A DNA stretch of 64,000 nt from Octopus vulgaris (taxonomy: Eukaryota). The DNA lies in NCBI GenBank assembly GCA_951406725.2, contig OX597814.1, forward strand, positions 8,184,001 to 8,248,000, given 5' to 3'. Positions 54,538 through 64,000 of the stretch are shown piece after piece (the stretch's first letter is position 1; every line of letters starts with the position of its first letter). Both the position numbers and the translations under genes were made by a program. The notes below the pieces were generated by a model that was given only the letters and a program-made list of their open reading frames with translations, did no database searches and was not told the DNA's origin.

Positions 54538-55917
54538 TTATATCAGTGGTTCGGTTTTCTCTTGTTCTTCTAACTCTTTTTCTGGGCCTCGTGGGGGAGT
54601 CTGACGTAGGCCCTCGAATATATGTGGAGATGTCACATCCAATCTAAGTGGGCCTACGTCATGGAAGAATTCTGACTTTATCCGCCCGTAATCCTTCCGG
54701 CCTATTCTGTAAATTACAAAGTCGTTTTTTTTCACTACTTTCTCCACTTTGGCCATGGCTGCCAACACGTTTCCGAGTCTGCTATTTGCTGCCTTTACGG
54801 CCATATACGAGTTCATTGACTCTTTTTTCTTTTTTAAAATTACTCTGGGAGGGGTGGTTTCCGTTTTTCTTTTTTTTTTTCCGGTAATTTTTGCCCACCC
54901 CTCCTCATTTATCTTTTCCTCGCTCTTTTTTTCCTCCGCCGCTGGTTCTGCTGTCACCGTCACCTCCACACCTTCAGTCTTCCCTTCTGGGCCGTCCGAC
55001 GCTGCTTCTGGTGACACATTATCTTCTTTTTCTTTTGGCTTTGGTGCTTCCTGCGGTTTGGGTTGGGGTTGGCATTCCGCCCTTACATGACCCTTCTTGC
55101 CGCAGCCGAAGCACCTCGGCTTCCTGCCCTCCACGAAAACTGTTATTTTCTCGTCTTCACTAATCTTTACCGTTTCTGGAATTTCTTCCAGTGTTTGCAC
55201 CTCCGCCTGAATGGCTATCACTATTTTTTGCCCTTTCCAAAACTCCTCTTCCTCCACTGTGGCCTGGAGGATGTTTATTTTTTCCTCCAGACCTACCATC
55301 ACTGCTGCCACCAGACATTCAGCATCTGCCTCTGGCGGTATGTTGTTCATTGAAATTTTCGACGTCCTTTTTCCTTTATACAATGGTAGTAAGACAATGT
55401 TTTCCTGTTTTGATTGGCTCCATCGATAGTTTTTTCGCTATCTCCTCCGTAGTAAAACGCACCTCCACTGTGCCGTATCTTTTTCCTCTGTTTATATACG
55501 TTATTTTATCCATAAAAGGTTTTAGACAAAACTCTATTTTTTTTTCTTCGATTTTTTGGATCATTCTTGTCGTTGTGTCGTAAGTTTTATATATTATTCT
55601 TTTTTTTTCTATCTCGTCATGTTTTTGTAGTTTGTGGCCACAGTCACTTCTGTGCCTTCTTTTTTTACACAGTCTGCAAATTTTTCCAAATTTTCTATAT
55701 TTATTTTTTTAATCTTTTTCCCAGCCACTTCAGCGAATTTTTTTGCTGGAGTTGATGCTGGTACTGGTTTTTCCATTTTCTTGGGCGACGCCGCCTCTTT
55801 TTTCTTCGGCGACAACGCCTCTTTTTTTCTTGGCGACAACGCCTCTTTTTTTCTTGGCGACAACGCCGGGTATTCATCCTCGCTCGTCACGGGCGAATAA
55901 GAGATGGGGGACTCCAT
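54538..55917 (-). CDS. Copy A ORF1: SPKK-type repeats, RRM-like region, CCHC knuckle; two 1-nt frameshifts
   Basis: ORFs 55609-55926, 55376-55564, 54538-55383; CFGCGKKGHVRAEC. Confidence 0.85.
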
Positions 55918-56391
55918 CTTGAACAAATGGCTTTAACAAGCCTTTGGTAAATCCAAATTAATTGTAGTTTTCCCCCACGGAGGGGGGAACACCAACGCGA
56001 AGTCTTCGCGCGAAGGCTGACTTCGTCAGTTAGACAACAATAGACAAAACAGGTAGACCAACAGTATATAATAACAGAGATAATAGTACGAGAGCAAAAA
56101 TATATCAACTTACTAATAAACGCAAAAAATTGATTTCCTCCAGGTTGTTTTATTATTACCCACAAGGGGCGAACATAGATGGGACAATACAATCTGATGA
56201 TGGGGTCAGACACACGAATGGGTTTTTACAATAAATCGGATTTAAAAATTTTCATGAATTACAATAAATGGACAGAAATCGAATGATGGGACAGACCGGA
56301 AGACATTACGGGTGGAGTGGGTGCGGGTTTAGCTCGGACCCCACGAGCCCCGCCTCCCCACTGATACTTTTGGTTGTGCTTGGTATTACAT

Positions 56392-59300
56392 TTATGTTGT
56401 AACTTTCACTCGCAACTTTCGTGCTACATCCTTCCATCGTTCTTCATACACTCTCCTAGTCAGGCATATTCTCTCCAGCCCTATCTTCCTTTTCAGGTGA
56501 AAGATGAAATAATTCATCAAACCAGGGCCGGAGATGAACTTGCCTGACTGTAAACCTTTCATTCTCGTCTTCCATATCACCTCTTTCGCAATTGCTACTA
56601 CAACGAGAAAACGAAACTTACCTTCATTCACGAGGAAATCCGGTGGGTCAATTTTTGTAATCGACTCAGTCGACAGCTGTACTCTTCGTGTACCTGACAA
56701 CAGCTGTTCGGCATAAACCCACACCTCAGACACGTCCGGACAATGAACAATAGCGTGCGGGACGGTTTCCCTATCCCGCCCGCATCTTGGACATATCGGA
56801 CTGTCTTGGCCACCGTGCCTTGCGAGTTTATCCCGAACAGGTAGAGCTCCTCTGTAGCATTGCCATGCCAGAGACTTCTGGAAGTTGTCCAGTGTCCTCG
56901 GCTCGAACGTACGTCGGAACAGACTGGCCAGCTGATTATCGTCGAGACCCAGGGTTTCCCCAAGGTATCTTCACATTCCGCCTCTACCAACCCTCTATAG
57001 AAGAATGTGGTGGAACCCCCACCGCAGGCGTTGCCCGAGCGACGGAATAGCAGGAGAGCCTTGCGACACTCCGTGTACCAAGTACCAAGTTTCGATCTAC
57101 GATTCAGCCAGGTTTCCCATCCACCGAAACTAGTGAACTTGGGAAACATCAGTTTTGCTAGCGAAGACCACACCCGTTCACCATCCAGGTAGAGCCACAG
57201 ATGTCTTAACCTCAGCGCATGTCTGCGCATCATCAGCCAAGGCATCCCTAGCCCACCCTTTAACGGTTGTTGACAGCAAGTAGAGCGTTTCACAAGTGGT
57301 TTCCCGCCCTTCCACAAGAAGTAGAAGAGCTGTCTTTCCAACTTGATCAACCACGAATCAGGGCAAGGAACAGACGGAAAGGCGGTAGGTGATAACCGAT
57401 GCGATAAACACATTGGCCACCTCCGCCCTCCCTTTCAGGGATAGCCACCGCCAAGACCAGGTCTTGGCTACTGCAGCCACCTTGCTCGTTACCTCGCCCC
57501 AATTCTTCTCTATTTGGAGGTCTGGACCGAACCAGACCCCTAGCAGTTTAATCGGACCCTCCGTCCAACGTCCCACGACGCTGTCAGGAGGCATCGACTT
57601 GCCTCTCCAGGTGCCGAGTTGCAAGCCGACTGACTTTTCGCGATTAACTTTTGCTCCTGTCACCGTCTCGTAAACCTCTATGGCCTTGCCTACTTTACAT
57701 AGGTGGTCCATTTCGGTTACGATGATGGTGATGTCATCCGCGTACGCTGACACTGATTTTCCATTACCTGGCTGTCTCGGGATGCCGCTCAGTTTTCGCA
57801 GTAATGGCTCAAGAGCCATCACGTACAAAAGCGGGGAGAGCGGACACCCTTGACGAACCGAGCGTTTGATTTTGAACGGCTTCGACAAGAAGCCGTTCAC
57901 CCGAACTACCGAGTCGATGTTATCATAAATTTGGATAATCCACCTGAGGAAGCCAAGGCTCAGCCCGAACTGTGCCAGGGCAGATACCAGGTAACGATGG
58001 TCGACCCTATCAAAAGCTTTAGATTGGTCTAAATGGACCAGTGCCCCACCCTTGCCAGAATCACTATTAAACCCCTCTATAGTGTACCGCATTAGATGGA
58101 GATTATCCTGAATGGATCTGCCCGGAACGGCACATGTCTGTGCCCCTCCGATCAGACCATCCGCGACACGCGCCAATCTTTTCGATAACACTTTGGCCAA
58201 AATCTTCAACTCTGTGTTTAGCAGAGTGATGGGCCTGAAATTATCAATGCACTCCCCCTTGCTCGGGTCCTTTCTGACGAGAGTCACTACTCCCCGGCGC
58301 ACAGATCTGGGTATAAGCCCGTTCTGCTGCCAGTTCGCATAGACCTCCGCCAGTAGGTGCCCGAACAAGTCTGGCATACTCTTATATAACTCATAGGGTA
58401 GACCATCCAAACCCGGCGCCTTGCCCGCGCCGCAGTCCGCCATTGCCTCAACCACCTCCTCAGGCGTGATTGGCCCTTCACAGCCCTCCGCATCTCGCCC
58501 CGATAAGCGCGGCAGACCGTCGAGTAGGTCCGTAAAGGCCCTCCTCCTATCCAGTCCGCCGCACTCACCGAAAAGCTGAGCGAAGTGCTCCTGAAAGGCC
58601 TCACACATCTCCTCGGGTTCGTTTATCAACTCACCTTGTTGGTTCGTCAAAGATCGAATCGTGGCATCGTTACCATGCTGAGCTTCCACCACTCGGGCCC
58701 ATCTCACGGCGTTGATTCCTTCACATCCCATATGACGCGGATTCTAGCCCTGACAATGCAGCCCATGTGTTTGGCCTCGAGGTGCTGGTTTAACACCAGT
58801 CTCTTGGACGCCACCTGAGCCGCAGAGCCAGTTTTCATGGCTTCCTCTAATTCCTTAACTAGAGTAGTTTCCCTTCTAGCCTCTCTAGCCACTACTCCTA
58901 TGCTATATCTAATAGACTCAAACTTGATGGCTCGTTTGAGGGCGTACCACCATTTGTTATTAATGATGGTACCAGATAGTGCCCTCTGAATTATATTCCT
59001 AATCCGGTCTTTGTACTCCTTAATCGCCAAAAGGGACGTATTAAGTTTCCAGTAACCGGATCCTCTATTTTTAACCTTATCTATGTCAAGCTTACAAGTG
59101 ACCATTTTATGATCACTGTAGCTGATCGGGTAAAACTGTGGACACTTAGCTATTTTACTGTCTACTTTTCTAATTAGTATTCTATCTAAATATGACCTGG
59201 AAGATCCGTCGCTGTTTGACCATGTCCACAATGGAGCGTTCGGAAATTCCAGCCTATAAGGATCTGCTAGCTCAAAGCGGCTTAGCAGTTCCATGAAGCC

Positions 59301-59789
59301 ACTGTTGCCTTTTCTATCTGGACACGAGCCAACACAATCTACATCCGCTTTGCAAATTGTGTTAAAGTCTCCTAGCACCACTAATGAATGCGAAGTACCA
59401 AGAAAGTTTTCTAGTTCACGAAAATAATCACTTTGCCCTGTATGGTTGGGTGCGTAAATTGCAACCAGTCTGATAACTTTACCATTACTGAACGTCAAAT
59501 CCATGACGACCAGCCTACCTTCTGGATCTGCAAAAATTAACTTTTTCTCAGAAACCCGGTTTCTATTTAATAGGACCAACACCCCACTCCCGCCTGTAGG
59601 ACTGCCAGGAGAGAAAAAACTCTCGTAGCCGTCAAACAGCGGGAGTAGACCTCTTGGCCCCTCTAGCCGGGTTTCTGTAGCAACAATAACATCTAAATTA
59701 CGCGACCTGATATCATGCAGGAAGCGACCTTGCTTCCAGCCTGCTCCCAGGCCGCGCACATTTAAACAACCAACATAAATGTAATCCAT
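56392..59789 (-). CDS. Copy B ORF2 (APE-RT), small indels at ~58735, ~57372, ~56960
   Basis: ORFs 58704-59789, 57358-58731, 56628-57413, 56392-56733. Confidence 0.88.
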
Positions 59790-59798
59790 TACTTACCT

Positions 59799-61029
59799 TT
59801 ATATCAGTGGTTCGGTTTTTCTTCTTCTTCTTCTCTTTTTCTGGGCCTCGTGGGGGAGTCTGACGTAGGCCCTCGAATATATGTGGAGATGTTACATCCA
59901 ACCTAAGTGGGCCTACGTCATGGAAAAATCTGACTTTATCCGCCCGTAATCCTTCCGGTCTATTCTGTAAATTACAAAGTCATTTTTTTTCTCTACTTCT
60001 TCACATTGGCCATGGCTGCCAACACGTTTCCGAGTCTGCTATTTCGATGCTTTTACGGCCATATATGAGTTTATTGACTCTTTTTTTTTTTTAAAATTAC
60101 TCTGGGAGGGGTGGTTTCCGTTTTTTTTTTTTTTTTCCGATAATTTTTGCCCACCCCTCCTCATTTATCTTTTCCTCGCTCTTTTTTTCCTCCGCCGCTG
60201 GTTCTGCTGTTACCATCACCTCCACACCTTCAGTCTTCCCTTCTGGGCCGTCTGACGCTGCTTCTGGTGACACATTGTCTTCTCTTTTCCTTTTGGCTTA
60301 GGTGCTTCCTGCGGTTTGGGTTGGGGCTGGCATTCCGCCCTTACATGCCCTTTCTTACCGCAGCCGAAGCACCTCGGCTTTCTGCCCTCTACGAAGACTG
60401 TGACTCTTTCATCTTCGCTTATCCTAAGAGTCTCTGGGATCTCTTCCAGGGTTTGTACTTCTGCTTGTATGGCTATTATTATCTTTTGCCCTTTCCAGAA
60501 TTCTTCTTCTTCTACGGTGGCCTGGAGGATGTTTATTTTTTCCTCCAGGCCTACCATAACTGCTGCCACTAGGACTTCGGCATCCGCTTCTGGCGGGATG
60601 TTGTTCATAGTGATTTTGGAAGTTCTCTTGCCTTTATACAGGGGTAGGAGAACAATATCCTCCGCTTTTATGGGTTCCATGGATAGCTTCTTCGCTACCT
60701 CCTCTGACGTGAATCTCACCTCCACTGTGCCGTATTTCTTCCCTCGATTGATATACGTAATTTTGTCCATTATTGGCTTTAAGCAGTTTTCAATCTTTTT
60801 CTCCTCTATTTTTTGGATTGCTCTGTTTGTTATACTGAAGGTCCCACAAACCACTCCTCCACTTGAAACTTCCTCCCGCCCCCGGGCGCCCGAAGCCACG
60901 GTTACTTCTGTGCCCTCTTTTGACACACAGTCTGCATGTTTTCCCAGGTTGTCCACGTTAATTTTTTTAATTTTCTTCCCAGCCACTTCAGCGAATTTTT
61001 TTGCTGGAGTTGATGCTGGTACTGGTTTT
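59799..61029 (-). CDS. Copy B ORF1 (partial; several indels in the 3' half)
   Basis: ORF 60216-60986 aligns codon for codon with copy A ORF1. Confidence 0.8.
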
Positions 61030-61129
61030 NNNNNNNNNNNNNNNNNNNNNNNNNNNNNNNNNNNNNNNNNNNNNNNNNNNNNNNNNNNNNNNNNNNNNNN
61101 NNNNNNNNNNNNNNNNNNNNNNNNNNNNN
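61030..61129. other. 100-N assembly gap
   Basis: Run of exactly 100 N, probably a scaffold join of unknown true size. Confidence 1.
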
Positions 61130-61935
61130 AGGGATCGGGGGGACCCTGTCAAAGGCTTTCTCCATGTCAACGAAAGCCAGGTACAGAGACTTATCTTTGG
61201 CTAGGTATTTCTCCTGCAGCTGACTCACAAGAAATATGGCATCAGTGGTGCTTTTCCCTGGCACAAAACCAATCTGTATCTCATCTAAACTGATCCTCTC
61301 CTTAATTAGTTGGGCTATGACCCTCTCCGTAACCTTCATTACCTGATCCAACAGCTTGATATCTCTGTAATTATTTGTATCTAAAGCGTCACCTTTACCT
61401 TTGTAGCAGTTGACTATTATGCTGCTACACCAGTCATTTGATATGACCTCGTTCATGTATAGCCGACACTGACAGATATTTTGAGCATCTCTGCAGTAAT
61501 TCCTGATGGGCCTGGGGCTTTCCCTGTTTTCATGCTTCTAACTGCCTTACCTACCAAGGAACTGTCAACTGAGATAGCTGGTCCCACTGTTGGGTTGACA
61601 TTCCACAGACTCTCTTTATCCCATTTATTTTCTTTATTCAGCAACCTTTCATAGTTTCATCTCCAAACCTCTCTCTTTTCATCCTCATTTAGCGCAAGTG
61701 AACCATCATCCATGCGAACACTTTTCTCTCCTACCACATCACGATTCTCTCTCACACACTGTCTTGCAACACGAAATACCTCAAGTCTTTGGTCCTCACG
61801 GCGCAGAACATTGGCAAATTTTTTCTTATCTGCTTCCCCTCTGGCTAAATAGACCTGTCTCCTAGCTTCCCTTCTGGCAGTCTGATACACTTCCCTGCTA
61901 CCTCCAGTTCTTCCAGTCCCTCCAAGCATGATTCT
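61130..61935 (-). mobile_element. RTE-clade LINE ORF fragment
   Basis: KAPGPSGITAEML, YKGKGDALDTNNYRDIKLL, GFVPGKSTTDAIF, LAFVDMEKAFDRVP. Confidence 0.88.
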
Positions 61936-61959
61936 TTTGTCAGCCTCGCCTGGCCCCCA

Positions 61960-62192
61960 TGCCGGTGGCACATAAAAGCACCATCCGTTCGTGGGCGTTT
62001 ACCACCTCCGTCTGGCACCTGTGCAGGTGGCACGTAAAAAGCACCCACTACACTCACGGAGTGGTTGGCATTAGGAAGGGCAACCAGCCGTAGAAACACT
62101 GCCAGATCAGACTGGGCCTGATGCAGTCTTCTGGCTTCACAGACCCCAGTTGAATCCATCCAACCCATGCTAGCATGGAAAGCGGACGCTAA

Positions 62193-62224
<32 letters not shown>

Positions 62225-62225
62225 A
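61960..62225 (+). mobile_element. SINE or RTE-type 3' tail with (TGA)n end
   Basis: GGTTGGCATTAGGAAGGGCAACCAGCCGTAGAAAC...CCAACCCATGCTAGCATGGAAAGCGGACGCTAAA followed by (TGA)n; related copies at 37763-38070. Confidence 0.7.
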
Positions 62226-64000
62226 ATACTCTAATGGAAGCCTTAACTCCCAAATTTTAGTCATTTCTTTTATGATTCAAATCTAGGTCAAAAGTACAGA
62301 ATGGATCTTTATGAAATTTGGAAATTGTATTCTATACATAAGGGCCATATCTCCCATGATAATTCATATATTTTTGCTGTTGATGAAATTTTAACCATAG
62401 ACATTAGACACAAATGAAGTAATATTTATGAAATTTCATCTTCTTACAAGTTACAAAGACCCCTCCATGGGGACTTAACATCCACATTTTGTCATTTTAT
62501 CTAAGCAAAGACGAATACAGTTGTACTCCTCGAAGATGTAGGGTTACCCAAGCATAATAGATGAGCATTATTTGTAATTCAATGGTACAACAGTGTAACA
62601 GTTTGCTTTGACATACACTTACATTGTGATTTCTGCAATGTGGTGCATAAATTGTCAAGTAAATGAGAGGCATCTTTGTTTCCACTGATTCAGTTGCAAA
62701 GTGTTGAGTAAAGTTATTTGATTTCAGACCTCCTTTCACTCTTTTTATTATCACTTGGTCACACATAGTCCCCTGATGGTAACATTGATTTCAAGGCCTT
62801 CCCAGATGAGTGACTGGTTATTCAAAGACATTTATAGATTGTAAATTTATTCTCTCCAGTTCCATATCAGTATAGCGGTCATTTGCAAACTCCAGAGGTG
62901 ACACTTTCATTTCTCCTTAGCCCTCACGTCACACAGTTGTTAATGTTTATTTCAGTTGTGTCATGCCCTTCCAATTGCTATAGATTCATAATGAATCTTA
63001 TGGCTGTGCCTGTCACCTGTGTGGTGAGGAATCCTACATTGGGAGTGGTTTTGACTAGGGTAGGGTAGCTGACTGCTTATTGTGATCATTCGTCTTTTGG
63101 TTTCCTGTAGCTTTGCTCTCTTTTACAAACCCAGTGAACATATATTTCCTATTTCAAAGAAATTCAAACAATAGATATAAGACCCAAGTTAAAACGATTC
63201 TCAACAATTCAACTTCTCTGCTTGACTTTAAGACACCCACCCCCAACAGGGGCCTTAACTCTCACATTTTAGAGCTCCATGACCTTCATTTTTCAGGAGC
63301 ATAATCCTTCTGAGAGGTTCAATAAGACTGGAATTTTGGAATATGCGCTAAAAAATTAGTAGTATGGGATACATGTGTTATGATTACAATTTTTTTAGGG
63401 TGTGTAAAGAGGGAAATAACCTTCATCTGCAATTTTGATGAAATTTGAAACATAGATATTCCAGTTCATTGGAGAAAATATAACAGAAAAGTCTAATTCT
63501 TTAATTGCATGTAACTCGGGCAATACTGGGTATCTCTGCTAATCACTTATATTTCTATATATTTGAAACCACGGATTTCCCAACTCGGGAGTAGACTTTT
63601 CTTTAACTACAGATTCTTATTCTCATTAATTTCAAACAACCAAATAACCAAAACCACACACTCCTATGGGAGAATATTTATTTATATATATATATTTCGT
63701 CAACACCTTCTGATAACTAAAGGATCACCCACACATTAAAAATAAGAAACAAGAAACCAAAAAGATAAAATAACTGCAAGTTTATAATTCAAATACAATC
63801 ACAAATCTCTCAGTATTACAGCAAACATTCTGTACAATCTATTCTACATACTTCTCCCTGAATTATCAAGGAATCAGGGAACCCACAAAAAATAATCAAC
63901 AAAACAAACAAATAAAATAAAATTTAATAAAATATATCCACCGGAATGGCTAGCCATAAAAAATCCAACAAAAACTGGTCTGATAATGAAATCGACGTTC

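Larger units (their letters stand above)
50890..56133 (-). mobile_element. Full-length young Tx1-type LINE, copy A (~5.24 kb)
   Basis: 5' end TCAATTTT, ORF1, ORF2, structured 3' UTR ending in AATAATAAAA; flanked by TTTCCTCCA(T/G)GTTG at 50876-50889 and 56134-56147. Confidence 0.95.
56148..61029 (-). mobile_element. Tx1-type LINE copy B, head-to-tail with copy A; 5' end lost in the assembly gap
   Basis: Offset ~5258 bp from copy A; 3' UTR and ORF2 nearly identical; ORF1 core divergent. Confidence 0.95.

Noticed and set aside
55995-56035. Hammerhead-like CTGACGA-AGTC...GACT in the Tx1 5' UTR
   Set aside because: No GAAA after the putative helix II, so the core is incomplete.
56134-56147. Target site as an snRNA fragment (Keno-like U2 targeting)
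   Set aside because: Only a short CCTCCAGG resemblance; the flank instead continues as Tx1 ORF1 coding sequence.
55586-60893. Diversity-generating retroelement template/variable repeat pair
   Set aside because: Changes are mainly A-to-G rather than A-to-N, non-A differences are present, and the RT is a eukaryotic LINE type.
60316-61456. Long ORFs crossing the N run, suggesting an RTE-Tx1 fusion
   Set aside because: Artefacts of translating through the 100-N gap; the + strand ones are antisense shadows of ORF1.

Overview
Eukaryotic, repeat-dense animal genomic DNA. The repeat types (CAT-tailed SINEs, TA/CA microsatellites, Tx1, RTE, R4/Dong and Penelope elements) suggest an octopus or other coleoid cephalopod; this is inference. 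Bases 1-19048 are a 37-bp satellite array with kb-scale higher-order duplications. Just beyond it is a putative promoter (IRF-type, STAT/GAS-type and CCAAT motifs) and the 5' exons of a + strand, intron-rich gene encoding PARP14/PARP10-like N-terminal RRMs (exons at 32413, 37522, 49957). Its introns hold a decayed + strand Tx1-type LINE, a solo LTR with a 4-bp TSD, Penelope remnants (one with a minimal hammerhead ribozyme), and CR1, R4/Dong, HERO-like and RTE fragments. Two young head-to-tail - strand Tx1-type LINEs (50890-56133 and 56148 to the gap at 61030) sit at the same 14-bp site inside the ORF1 relic of an older Tx1. The two copies are nearly identical except for a ~650-bp ORF1 block that differs mostly at synonymous positions. 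Inside that block, copy B has a 51-nt patch with about 20 sense-strand A-to-G changes (RIIYK becomes GVVCG), which looks like ADAR A-to-I hyperediting fixed into the genome by reverse transcription. All alignments and counts were done by eye.
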